This document shows, piece after piece, positions 47,401 to 56,398 of a stretch of 64,000 bases of DNA. Position numbers and translations under genes: made by a program. The notes under the pieces were generated by a model. The model was not told the DNA's origin, made no database searches, and saw only the letters and a list, made by a program, of their open reading frames with translations. Every line of letters starts with the position of its first letter. Positions within the stretch are counted from its first letter, which is position 1. Origin of the DNA: Chthoniobacterales bacterium (GTDB taxonomy: Bacteria; Verrucomicrobiota; Verrucomicrobiia; Chthoniobacterales; Chthoniobacteraceae); assembly GCA_038207335.1 (NCBI GenBank), contig JBBQZX010000024.1, positions 27,313 to 91,312 on the forward strand, read 5' to 3'.

Positions 47401-49777
47401 CGATCCAGCGGGCGGCCTGCCGGCGCTCAAAAGCAAAGGCTCGCACGACATCGCAGTCGCAAAATTCGCGCCCGCGAATTTCTTCGACGCGGCGCACCCG
47501 CGCACGTTTCACGATGCCGACGGCGACATCGTCACGCTGCGTTTGCTCGGCCCCGGAACAGCGACTTATTCGCTCGTCGGCGGTGCGGGCGATGTCGCAA
47601 ATCTCGCCGAAGTCGATCTCACGGGCACGACGATCAAATCGGCGTTCGCGATCGACGTCCTGCGCTTCGGCAGCGGCAACGGTCGGACCATCGCGCAGAA
47701 AATTCTCACAACCGAAACCGAGCAGGCACTCGGAACACTCCAGCTCGCGCCGCGGGTCACGCTCGGCGACGGCCTCGCCGACAGCTCGACCGACCTGCAA
47801 ATCACCGGCGCACTGAAGCAGCTCACACTCGGTGACATCGCAGGAAATGCGATCATCCGCCTCGGCGAAGACCTGCCCTACGACATCGCCGACCGAAAAG
47901 TTCCCGACACGAAAAACAATTTCCCGACCGTGAATATCGGCAACGTCAACGGCCCCGGCGTCGAACTCGTGGCGCTCGGAAAAAACGCGCCTCTGACCGG
48001 CATCGATGCGGGAAAGGGAGTCGTACAGGGCACGGGCGGCGGCGGCTTCGGCAACATCACCGTCGAGTCTTGGTACTACCCCGGCCACATCCGCACCACG
48101 CAGAGCATCGGCAACTTTTTGGTTCAGGAGAGCAACTTCGCCGGCATCCTGGAAATCGACAAATTTCACGTCGGCGAGACTACGACGGCGAATGTCGGCG
48201 CGATTACGATTGCCGACGGCTCGTGGGGCAGCAGCGGCACCGTCATCGAGGGCAGCGTCAGTTCGTTTGAAGCCGACGCATTTCTCGCTTCCGCCTCGAT
48301 CACCGCTGGCAGCGTGAAAAAAATCACGGTCGGCGGTCAAACCAGCACCGACGGGTTTGCGGGCACGCTAACGCTCACCGAAGCCAACGCGAAAGGCGTC
48401 GCGACGTTTACGGTGACCAGCGATTTCACCGGAAAGGTGATCTCCCTTTCGCCGCTGAAAAAACTGAACATCCGCGGCACTTTCACCGGCTCGCTTTCCG
48501 CGCCGAGCATCGCCGGAATCACCGCTTTTTCCTTTCTCGGCACGCAGACCGTGCCCGGAGTGAACGACCAGAACATCGTCGCGACCGATGGCTTGCTCGG
48601 GAAAATCAAAGCGCTCTCCGGCGTGTTTCAAAACTACGAGTTGATCACCCGGGGCGCTTTTTCCGGCATTGATGTGAGTCTCCGCAAGCTCGCGACTTCG
48701 ACCGTCGGCATCGAAAATGTCCATATCCAAGCGGCGAGCATCGGGAACCTCAAAGTCAGCCTCGGCGCCGACAAACACGCCTCCGGCGTCAATCTCGTGG
48801 GCATCCGCAACAGCACGTTCACGGCGCTCAGCTCCGCCATGATTCCACTGCCCGGCGCGGTCGGCACGATCACAGTCTCGCTTGGCGGGCAGGATGGAGT
48901 CACACTCGGGCTCGATCACGTCGCATTCAGCGGCAGGACGATTGGCGCGACGAAAGTCACCGTCGGGCGCCTCGCCAATTCCGGCACCGATGTGCGCGCA
49001 CTCGACACCGCGACATTCAACGCGACGACCACGCTCGGGAAAATCACGCTCGATGGTGATGCGACCGGCGCGCAAGCCACCGCGCTCGTCGCGGTCTCCG
49101 GCGGGACGTTTGGCGGGCTGAATATCAAATCGAAGACTGCGTCTTTCGGCAGCCTGATGGACGGCACAATCCTCGCCGGGCAGGCGCTCGATTTCGATGT
49201 CTTCCAGAATGGATCGTCGCGAGTCATCGCCGCCGCACTCCGAGGCGCAGCGCTCGGCGCAGTCACGCTTTCCGGCTCGCTCACGAACAGTCTGCTCGCA
49301 GCCGGCAGCAATATCGGGGCGATCACGGTCGGCACCGGCGACATCGTTTCTTCGAATCTTCTTGCCGGAACCAAGCTCGGCACAGATCAGCGATTCGATG
49401 GCATCGACGATTCTTTCCAGCGTGCGTCTGCCATCGCTGCGATCACCGTGAAAAACGGTCGCTTCCTTTTGTCCTCGGCTGTCGCTGGCATCGATCCGGG
49501 GGCCAATGGTTTCGGCGACAGCGACGACCATGCCGCAGCCGATGGCCCGAGAACCGCCTCCGGAAAAATCGGCGCGATCAAACTGGGACGCGGGCTGAGC
49601 GGCGCATTCGATCCGTCGATCGCGCTCACGCATGTCATCGAGTCCGGGAAACTCAAAAGCCTGAAAGTTGGCAACAGCTCGCCTGTCGATTTCAGACTCG
49701 GGCCCTCGCTTCTTGACAACGGCGCGGCCGGTCAGGATTCGGGCGACACACTAGTCCGGGAGCTGGCCGGCGTTTAG
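44489..49777 (+). CDS. Giant extracellular protein with N-terminal LEPR-XLL-type motif, SBBP-like beta-propeller repeats and a C-terminal beta-helix-like region
   Basis: LIEPLEARIAPA; repeated VD..GN.YV.G.F.GTVDFDPGPG...D.FVAK; FHDADGDIVT; repeated IG.I.V strands. Confidence 0.85.
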   Translation: MISGTLIEPLEARIAPANLAFSITGGGGGDETITDAAVDGAGNIYVVGFFEKTVDFDPGPGVENRTATTDRADSFVAKYTSAGDLAWVDVIRASNESGNRNNSDFLRVAVTDAGDVFVSNSFGQQGGQPTVIGFFDGQSTLSTRTLTQISQPGDVYVTKYDTLGRNIWATAFGTSNPVSLDTLDLAVDQKGGIYLAGKMHAGGGSSSVDFGTFTLNADAGEDEPFFVKLQDGATPSVVWASDTSSPGVIANIHDLDIAVDRAGNVAVRGTIDGALTFATSPLTTISQSIFVAKLDLAGNWAWADGFDGGVDNSANVAFDSTGNVFVTGDFTGSIDIDPGPGVVALVSSGLSDSYLLKLDPAGAFVFAKKFGNFGENTVGKVGVDDLDRVHFEVNTGGELLDADPSPFVHLFAGDGVGVTLDNAGNYIEATAGYGSNSHGSDQSIVSHDGGFYRFGGFAGSFNVAFDSATETLKSKGGDDFFVARYFPGKLVAQDLQQPVLAQSFALGGAGEQFGGPVVVDSLGNLYVAGRFSGTVDFDRGPGVVNLTSSDATGNVFIAKYDPLGALQWAQQVRMAVTFAADAEEFAVKLALDAAGNVYIATEFNTSATLGTFTVTNPNLTPGVRDILIGKLGSNGSPIWVESIGNSGLNEYLIGALAVRASTGDVVLSGQFSGTVNFDPAGSPAGSRTAINNSGNGSDGYVLELDTFGAFKWVRQLGGSTAALTDVSGLGFLSGGDVVASGNFRGTIDFNYLSGSPALLTSATKAPNETSTFTARFTAGAGTVVWSEGFGGSTKSDRPTSIAVSGADEVFVAGQFTGSQDFDPGSGVSPLIEADGAPSEGDAFIEKLAGLDGSFLNAVGFGGTGGDRALQLGLDGTGSLFVLGKMGDSIDLDPGPGIARLTSKTDGGYFVSRFDPATLGFVTGFQVAAFSSDGDAPGNKGPGIDASAPGGFWVDAAGSIYLSTSFVDTLDLDPAGGLPALKSKGSHDIAVAKFAPANFFDAAHPRTFHDADGDIVTLRLLGPGTATYSLVGGAGDVANLAEVDLTGTTIKSAFAIDVLRFGSGNGRTIAQKILTTETEQALGTLQLAPRVTLGDGLADSSTDLQITGALKQLTLGDIAGNAIIRLGEDLPYDIADRKVPDTKNNFPTVNIGNVNGPGVELVALGKNAPLTGIDAGKGVVQGTGGGGFGNITVESWYYPGHIRTTQSIGNFLVQESNFAGILEIDKFHVGETTTANVGAITIADGSWGSSGTVIEGSVSSFEADAFLASASITAGSVKKITVGGQTSTDGFAGTLTLTEANAKGVATFTVTSDFTGKVISLSPLKKLNIRGTFTGSLSAPSIAGITAFSFLGTQTVPGVNDQNIVATDGLLGKIKALSGVFQNYELITRGAFSGIDVSLRKLATSTVGIENVHIQAASIGNLKVSLGADKHASGVNLVGIRNSTFTALSSAMIPLPGAVGTITVSLGGQDGVTLGLDHVAFSGRTIGATKVTVGRLANSGTDVRALDTATFNATTTLGKITLDGDATGAQATALVAVSGGTFGGLNIKSKTASFGSLMDGTILAGQALDFDVFQNGSSRVIAAALRGAALGAVTLSGSLTNSLLAAGSNIGAITVGTGDIVSSNLLAGTKLGTDQRFDGIDDSFQRASAIAAITVKNGRFLLSSAVAGIDPGANGFGDSDDHAAADGPRTASGKIGAIKLGRGLSGAFDPSIALTHVIESGKLKSLKVGNSSPVDFRLGPSLLDNGAAGQDSGDTLVRELAGV

Positions 49778-49846
49778 CCGCGTCTCTTCCGGAGTGCGAG
49801 GCTCTGAACGCTGAGAGGGCGCATCTTTTCCCGCGCGCGGCCGACC

Positions 49847-50863
49847 TCACTGAATGACGACCGTCATCCCTTTCGTGATCATCTTGCTCAGCCGCACCAC
49901 GTCCCAATTTGCCACGCGCATGCAGCCATGGCTCGATGCCCGGCCGATCGTCTGCGGATTGTTCGTGCCGTGGATTCCGATGCCCGGCTTGTTGAGCCCG
50001 ACCCACAGTACGCCGACCGGATTGTTCGGCCCGGCTGGCAGTTCGTAGGACGTTTCGCTGCGCTTTCCGGTTTCCAGCACGCTTTTGTCCCAACGGAAAG
50101 TCGGCGCGGTCGCGATGCCGAGAATTTTCCACTTTCCAATCGGCGTCTGCAGATGCCCGCCGCCCGTGCCGGGAGTAATCGGCAGGCTGGCAAGCAGGCT
50201 CTCCCCTTCAAAAAGATCGAGCATCTTTTCGTTGATGTGGATGCGGATTTCGCGCGCGGTATATTCGGGAATTTCGGGCAGAAATCCCTGCTTCGGCAGT
50301 TCCTCGATCTTGAATGGCTCGACATTTGGCACACGCACGTCGTCGCCGGGCTTGAGCGTCTCGAGATTCGTCCCCTTGTTCAGCTTCACCAGAAATTCCG
50401 GAGAAGCGTGGTAACGCTCGGTGAGGAATTCGAGCAGCGACGAGTAGGGCAAAAATTTCTTCTTCGCTTGCTCCTGCGGCTTCGTCGGGCAGTCGCCGAC
50501 GAACTTCAAATCCCCTTCCTTGATCGTGTAGTGCGTGTAAACGGGATAGACCGAGTCGAGCGGGATATTTTCATCGAGCACGCCCGTCTCCGGCAGTGCG
50601 TGCGCGCGCTGGTATCGGACGAGCGCTTTCTTCACGAACTCTCCAGGCGCACCGTCGATTTTGCCCGGACCGAAAAGCTGCTGATCGAGAAAAATCTGGA
50701 GCCGCGTGGTGACATCGCGCTGCGACACCGGCTCGGCTCGCGCAACCTTTGGCTCATCCACAGCGGGCGCTGCGACAGCAGGGACGGCGGCAGCGGGCTC
50801 CTGCGCGAAGGAGGCAGCGGCAAAAAGTGCGAGTGTCAGGAAGATGGTGGCGAGCGATTTCAT
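49847..50863 (-). CDS. L,D-transpeptidase with signal peptide, PG-binding-like and LysM-like regions
   Basis: LQIFLDQQLFGPGKIDG, LTERYHASPEFLVKLN, GPNNPVG, IGIHGT...SSHGCMRV. Confidence 0.9.
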   Translation of the reverse strand: MKSLATIFLTLALFAAASFAQEPAAAVPAVAAPAVDEPKVARAEPVSQRDVTTRLQIFLDQQLFGPGKIDGAPGEFVKKALVRYQRAHALPETGVLDENIPLDSVYPVYTHYTIKEGDLKFVGDCPTKPQEQAKKKFLPYSSLLEFLTERYHASPEFLVKLNKGTNLETLKPGDDVRVPNVEPFKIEELPKQGFLPEIPEYTAREIRIHINEKMLDLFEGESLLASLPITPGTGGGHLQTPIGKWKILGIATAPTFRWDKSVLETGKRSETSYELPAGPNNPVGVLWVGLNKPGIGIHGTNNPQTIGRASSHGCMRVANWDVVRLSKMITKGMTVVIQ

Positions 50864-50937
50864 GCGTGCGTCCGAATGGTTTGGCGAAAGGGCGCGTGGA
50901 GGTAGCATCGCACACTTTCGCCCGCAAGACCGCATCC

Positions 50938-51999
50938 ATGAAATCCGACAAACTCCGTATCGCGCAGGTGGCCCCGCTCTGGACCGCGATTCCGCCGCAG
51001 AATTACGGCGGCATCGAGCTGCTGATGAAACTGCTCATCGACGAACTCGTCGCGCGCGGCCACGACGTGACGCTTTTCGCCTCCGCCGACTGCACGACGA
51101 GCGCAAAGCTGCACGCGGTCTGCGACCAAAATCTCACCGACCTGATCGTCGGCGGAAATGCCTACTGCTACGAATATTACACCAACTCGATGATGGCCGA
51201 GGTGCTCGCCGCCGCGGGCGAGTTCGACGTGATCCACTACCACATGAGCAGCGCCTGGCTGCCGCTCGCGGCGGCCGCACTCGCGCCCGGCCTCTTCACG
51301 CTGCACACGAGCACCATGATGGACGACGAATTCGTCTTTCGCCGCTGGCCGGAGGTAGCCGTGAATGGCATCAGCCGCGACCAGATGCGCGGCGCGGCGC
51401 TGAGACTCGGACGCGACTTTCCGATCGTCCACAACGGCTGCGATTTCGACGCTTACTCGCCGTGCTTCGCGCCGGGCAAATACCTCGCGTATCTCGGCCG
51501 CATGTCGCGGGAAAAAAATCCCATCGGCGCGATTCAAATCGCCGCCGCCTCGGGGCTGCCGATCGTCCTCGCAGGGCAGGCACAGAATGCCGGAGAGGCG
51601 CGCTTTTTCACCGAGGAAGTGAAGCCGCTCATCGACGGCGAACGCGTGCGCTGGATCGGCCCGGTGAATCACGCACAGAAAAATGAATTCCTGCGAAACG
51701 CAGCGGCTCTCGTCTTTCCGATCCAGTGGGACGAGCCGTTTGGGCTCGTGATGATCGAGGCGATGGCGTGCGGCACGCCCGTCGTCGCGCATCGGCGCGG
51801 CGCGGTGTCGGAGGTCGTGGAAAATGGTGTCACCGGATTTCATTCGGGCGTCATCGATGGGCTCGCGGAGCTCGTCCCGCAGGCGCTGGAGCTGGATCGC
51901 GCGGCGGTACGCGAGGCGGCAGAACTCCGCTTTGGCTATCTGCGCATGGTCGATGAATACGTCGCGCTGTATCGCGAACTGGCGGGGTTTCACCGATAG
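50938..51999 (+). CDS. Glycosyltransferase family 4
   Basis: IAQVAPLW..IPPQNYGGIE, LGRMSREK, EPFGLVMIEAMACGTPVV. Confidence 0.93.
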   Translation: MKSDKLRIAQVAPLWTAIPPQNYGGIELLMKLLIDELVARGHDVTLFASADCTTSAKLHAVCDQNLTDLIVGGNAYCYEYYTNSMMAEVLAAAGEFDVIHYHMSSAWLPLAAAALAPGLFTLHTSTMMDDEFVFRRWPEVAVNGISRDQMRGAALRLGRDFPIVHNGCDFDAYSPCFAPGKYLAYLGRMSREKNPIGAIQIAAASGLPIVLAGQAQNAGEARFFTEEVKPLIDGERVRWIGPVNHAQKNEFLRNAAALVFPIQWDEPFGLVMIEAMACGTPVVAHRRGAVSEVVENGVTGFHSGVIDGLAELVPQALELDRAAVREAAELRFGYLRMVDEYVALYRELAGFHR

Positions 52000-52097
52000 C
52001 CACCCGCCCCTGCTCCGAGTAGCGCACGCGTCTCTTCTCAACGCTGAAAACTCCGCTGGCGGCGGGCCGGGTTGGCGGTAAAATCGTCGGCCACAAA

Positions 52098-52901
52098 ATG
52101 CTCCATTTCACCAAAATGAACGGTGCAGGAAACGACTTCGTCCTGCTCGATAATCGCGACGGAAAACTTGCGCTCGGAAATGCCGAGATCGCACGCCTTT
52201 GCGACCGCCATCGCGGCGTCGGAAGCGACGGTTTGCTCCTCGTCGAGCCCGCGCAAAGAGGTGCCGATTTTCGGATGCGCTATCACAACGCCGACGGAGG
52301 TGAAGCCGAGATGTGCGGCAATGGAGCGCGCTGCTTCGCGCGGTTCGCGGCGCGACTGAGCGGAAACTCGGACGCCGTGAGCTTCGAGACGATCGCCGGA
52401 GTCATCACCGCGCGCCTGCTCGGCGAAAACGTGGAGTTGCAAATGAGCGAGCCGCATTCGCTCCAACCCGGCACCACGCTCGATCTGGCGGGAGAAAAAC
52501 ACACCGTCCATTTCGTCAATACCGGCGTCCCGCACGCGGTCGTTTTCGTGGACGATCTGGAGGCGATCGATATCCGCAAACTCGGCGCTGCCACGCGCTT
52601 CCATCCGCACTTCGCGCCGCGCGGGACGAATGCAAATTTCGTCCGGCAGATCGACACGCAGACCATTGCGATCCGCACCTACGAGCGCGGAGTCGAAGAC
52701 GAAACACTCGCCTGCGGCACCGGCATGGTCGCCTGCGCGCTCATCACTCACGAACTCACCGGCGCTGCGTCGCCGGTGCGCGTGAAGGTGCGCGGCGGTG
52801 ACACGCTGGAGGTCGCATTCGAGAAAGCAGGCGAGACTTTCAAAAACGTCAAACTCACCGGCCCCGCGGACTTTGTGTTTGAGGGCGACGTGGCGCTCTG
52901 A
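52098..52901 (+). CDS. dapF: Diaminopimelate epimerase
   Basis: FTKMNGAGNDF, EMCGNGARC, NTGVPH, ERGVEDETLACGTG. Confidence 0.97.
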   Translation: MLHFTKMNGAGNDFVLLDNRDGKLALGNAEIARLCDRHRGVGSDGLLLVEPAQRGADFRMRYHNADGGEAEMCGNGARCFARFAARLSGNSDAVSFETIAGVITARLLGENVELQMSEPHSLQPGTTLDLAGEKHTVHFVNTGVPHAVVFVDDLEAIDIRKLGAATRFHPHFAPRGTNANFVRQIDTQTIAIRTYERGVEDETLACGTGMVACALITHELTGAASPVRVKVRGGDTLEVAFEKAGETFKNVKLTGPADFVFEGDVAL

Positions 52902-52904
52902 CGC

Positions 52905-53738
52905 ATGATGCGGCTCGATTCGCATCAGCATTTTTGGAGCTACGACGCGGCGCAATATCCGTGGATTCCACCCGGCTCCGCGCTACAGCGCGACTGGCTC
53001 CCGGACGACCTCGCCGCTCTCCAAACCCCGCTCGGCTTCGACGGCTCCATCGCCGTGCAAGCACGGCAGACGCTTGAAGAGACGCGCTGGCTGCTCGCGC
53101 TCGCGCACAGCGCGCCCGCGATCAAAGGCGTCGTCGGATGGGTCGATTTGCGGAGCCCGGATGTTGCCGCACAGCTCAGCGAATTTGCGCCGCATCCGCG
53201 CTTCGTCGGCGTGCGCCATGTGGTACAGGACGAGCCCGATGATCGCTTCCTGGTGCAGCCGGATTTCATGCGCGGCATCGCGGCGCTCGTGCAATTTCAT
53301 CTCACTTACGACTTGCTCATTTTCCCGCGTCAACTCCCCGCTGCGGTCGAGCTTGCGCGCAAATTTCCGGACCAGCCATTCGTTCTCGATCACATCGCAA
53401 AACCGCCGATCAAGGACGGCGCGATGTCGCCGTGGCGCGAGCAAATCTGCGAACTCGCGAGCTGTCGAAACGTCCACTGCAAAGTCTCCGGCATGGTCAC
53501 CGAAGCCGACCCGAAAGCATGGCGGTCAGAAGACTTCACACCGTATCTGGATGTCGTCTTCGAGGCTTTCGGGATCGATCGGGTGATGTTCGGCTCCGAC
53601 TGGCCGGTGTGCCTGCTCGCGGGCAGCTACGCGCACGTCGTGAGGCTCGTCGAGGACTACACTTCCGCGTTTTCCGCGTCCGAGCGGGAGGCGTTTTTCG
53701 GTGGCAACGCGGCGCGATTTTTCCTCGACCGAAAGTAG
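52905..53738 (+). CDS. Amidohydrolase family 2 (L-fuconolactonase-like)
   Basis: DSHQHFW, VGVRH, VLDHIAKP, CKVSG, MFGSDWPV. Confidence 0.9.
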   Translation: MMRLDSHQHFWSYDAAQYPWIPPGSALQRDWLPDDLAALQTPLGFDGSIAVQARQTLEETRWLLALAHSAPAIKGVVGWVDLRSPDVAAQLSEFAPHPRFVGVRHVVQDEPDDRFLVQPDFMRGIAALVQFHLTYDLLIFPRQLPAAVELARKFPDQPFVLDHIAKPPIKDGAMSPWREQICELASCRNVHCKVSGMVTEADPKAWRSEDFTPYLDVVFEAFGIDRVMFGSDWPVCLLAGSYAHVVRLVEDYTSAFSASEREAFFGGNAARFFLDRK

Positions 53739-54787
53739 CCGCGCGCATCGCGCATCGACACACCGTCGATGAAGTAAGCCGTCGCCGCGCGGCCGACCCC
53801 ATAAGTTCCCGCCGCCGCCACCGCGCCAGAGACAGCGTTGCCCCACAGCGGGATAAATTTCAGCGCCGCCCGCGCGCCTTCACGCAGCGCGAGCCCGAGG
53901 CTGATATTGGCGCCGAGCGCGGCTATGAATTCCCCCGCGAGCCGCGTGCTCATTTCGCGCCCGCTGATGTGCATGATCCCGGCGACCATCGTCGCCTGCA
54001 GCGACGTGAGGATCGGGAAATCCGCGAGTGGGATCGGCTGCGTGCCAATCGCGCCGCAGATGGCCGTCACCGACTTCACGAGCACCTGCGCTATCTGGCG
54101 TTGCAGCGCACGATTGCCGGAAAGCCGCGCTAGCTCGAGTTGCGCCTCGGGCGGAAACTCGACACCGAGCAGTTGCACGAGCCGGTCGATTTCACCCGTG
54201 TCATCGCCGAGTGCGAGTGTGCCGATCATGCGCCCCTCAAGCTGCGGCTGCGTGTGCAGCGCGGCGTGGAGTTCCTCTCGCGCTTTGCTGCCGCCGCCCA
54301 TTTGCAGGCCGAGCATCCGCGGAGTCGCGCCCGATTTTCTCACGGCAAATGCGACGAGCCCCGAGACGTGCGCGAGTTCCGCGGGCATGTCATCTCCGAT
54401 CGTTTCGGAGCGGCGGAGAAAGATGAAAAGATCGGGCTCCTCGGATGCCAATGCCGACTCCGCCAGCGTCGCCGAGACAGGCGAGCGCGCATCGAGCACC
54501 CGCAGCGTGCCATGCCCGCCGCGAGAAAACGAATGCCACTGACCATCACGCATCGCCTCGTCCGCGGAGCTCATGACCTCGCTGCCGAAGATCGCATCGA
54601 TAAGTTCCGCCTTGCTCGCGGCGCGCTCGCCGACGAGCACGATACGCGGCGCGCGCTGGAGCAGGAAAAGCGTCTTGATCGGCGTGATCTCACGCAGGAT
54701 GGGCGCCTGCAGAGATTCCGGCAGCCGCGCCACGAGCGATTCGAGTTTACCAAAGAGGGAGAGAAAGGAGCCGGGTTTCATATTCAT
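53657..54787 (-). CDS. DUF697/YcjF-like protein with degenerate N-terminal GTPase fold
   Basis: QPIPLADFPILTSLQ..MV..I, ALKFIPLWG; IVLVGERAASKAELIDAIFG in place of a P-loop. Confidence 0.75.
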   Translation of the reverse strand: MNMKPGSFLSLFGKLESLVARLPESLQAPILREITPIKTLFLLQRAPRIVLVGERAASKAELIDAIFGSEVMSSADEAMRDGQWHSFSRGGHGTLRVLDARSPVSATLAESALASEEPDLFIFLRRSETIGDDMPAELAHVSGLVAFAVRKSGATPRMLGLQMGGGSKAREELHAALHTQPQLEGRMIGTLALGDDTGEIDRLVQLLGVEFPPEAQLELARLSGNRALQRQIAQVLVKSVTAICGAIGTQPIPLADFPILTSLQATMVAGIMHISGREMSTRLAGEFIAALGANISLGLALREGARAALKFIPLWGNAVSGAVAAAGTYGVGRAATAYFIDGVSMRDARGYFRSRKNRAALPPKNASRSDAENAEV

Positions 54788-54846
54788 GAGAATCGCAACT
54801 CGACAGCCAAATCACCGTCGACGCGCAGCGATAAAATGCCGGGGAA

Positions 54847-56349
54847 TTAGCGATCGGAGTAAAAGCCGGGTGTCCAGCGCCAGTGCGGGTTGTGGATGAA
54901 TGCGAGGCTTTCCGCGACGGTGATGCCGTGGGCAGCTCGGTCGGCCATCTCGCAACGGTGCGTTTCCCAGATTGCGCGCTCATCGGGAAGAGGCGCGCGG
55001 ATGCGGTCGTGCGGATGCTTTTGGCCGAGCAGAAGTGCGTGGAAACCTTCGAGTTGGAAGAGGCTTTTCTCGGCCGGGAGCAGGTCGATTTGCGCGACCA
55101 GACTCGGACCGTTTTCCTCGTACGCCTTCACGATTCGCTCCGCTCCGTGCAGCGCGGTTTCGTTCCGGCATCGCTGCCAGAACTCAGTGTCGACGCGCGT
55201 GTTGAAGCGGTAGTGGACGGCGAGAAAGTCGCGGATTTCATCCCACAGGTCGGCGACCACGCGGTTGTAGCAATCACGAAGCGTCGGGGTCGGGGCACAT
55301 TCGGAGTCTGCGAGGATTTGCGTGAGGAGGCGCGACTGGTGGCAGATGATGAGGAGCGCAGTGGCCTCCAGCGGCTCGACGAAGCCGGAGGCGTTGCCGA
55401 TGGCGACGACGTTTCCGAGCCAGTTCCGCGCGTAACGGCCGGTGACGAACGGAACGATGCGCGTGGCGCTAGGGCGCGGATTTTTGCCCCGAAACTCCGC
55501 CTCCGCGTCGGCATCCGAAATGTGGGCAGAACTGAAGACGTAGCCGCGATTGATGTGCCGCTCGTGCTCGATCTGCCACGCCCAGCCGGCATCCATGGTC
55601 TCGGCAGTCGTGTACGGGAGCATCGGTTCGCTCGTGCGATCCCAGCCCCCAATGATCGCGCGATCGCAGAAAAGCGTGTCGTCATAACTGATGAACGGCT
55701 CGGCGAGCGCGCGCCCAAGCAGCTCGGAGCGAAAGCCCGAGGCGTCGATGAAAAGTCCCGCGCAGACTCGCTCCCCGGTGTCGAGCACGAGTGCAGACAC
55801 GCCGTCGGCGCTCCGTTCGACGTGGCTTACGGTGGCGTCGGTGATCGCGACTCCGCGAGCGCGGGCGGCGGCTTCCAAGTAGGCTACGAAGTCGGCATTC
55901 TCGACGTGATACGCGGCGCTGCGATGGATGTCGGGCGCGCCGTTTTGCTGGCGAGCGAATGCGCGGCCCTGGCGCATGAGCGCGGCGTTGAGATCGGCAT
56001 TTTCAAAATCGTCCCAGACGTAATATCCGTGCGACTTCAGAAGCTGCGAATGGCGCGCGGAAACTTGATACGTGAACGTATAAAAAAACTCGGGCCTCGG
56101 ACCCCAGATGAAGCGCAGGCCGAGCTTCCACGTCGGTCGCACCACGCGGTGGAATTCCGCAGGATCGAGTCCGCAATATCCGTGCAGGTGATTGGGGAGG
56201 TCGGCGGTGCTGCCTTCGCCGACGCCGATAATCGCGATCTCCGGGCTGCGGATGATGCGAATCTGAAGCGCGGGTAGGCGCGCTTTGAGCGTGAGAGCGG
56301 CGAGGAAACCGGCGCTGCCGCCACCAAGGATGACGACTCGCTCGATCAT
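54847..56349 (-). CDS. Tryptophan halogenase-family flavin-dependent halogenase
   Basis: GGGSAG, IGVGEGS, TWKLG (catalytic Lys position), FIDASGF, GWAWQI, GFVEPLEAT. Confidence 0.92.
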   Translation of the reverse strand: MIERVVILGGGSAGFLAALTLKARLPALQIRIIRSPEIAIIGVGEGSTADLPNHLHGYCGLDPAEFHRVVRPTWKLGLRFIWGPRPEFFYTFTYQVSARHSQLLKSHGYYVWDDFENADLNAALMRQGRAFARQQNGAPDIHRSAAYHVENADFVAYLEAAARARGVAITDATVSHVERSADGVSALVLDTGERVCAGLFIDASGFRSELLGRALAEPFISYDDTLFCDRAIIGGWDRTSEPMLPYTTAETMDAGWAWQIEHERHINRGYVFSSAHISDADAEAEFRGKNPRPSATRIVPFVTGRYARNWLGNVVAIGNASGFVEPLEATALLIICHQSRLLTQILADSECAPTPTLRDCYNRVVADLWDEIRDFLAVHYRFNTRVDTEFWQRCRNETALHGAERIVKAYEENGPSLVAQIDLLPAEKSLFQLEGFHALLLGQKHPHDRIRAPLPDERAIWETHRCEMADRAAHGITVAESLAFIHNPHWRWTPGFYSDR

Positions 56350-56398
56350 CGCGCAGCATTGTGAACCATGCTCATCCCGCGGCTAAATTGGCGGAGGC

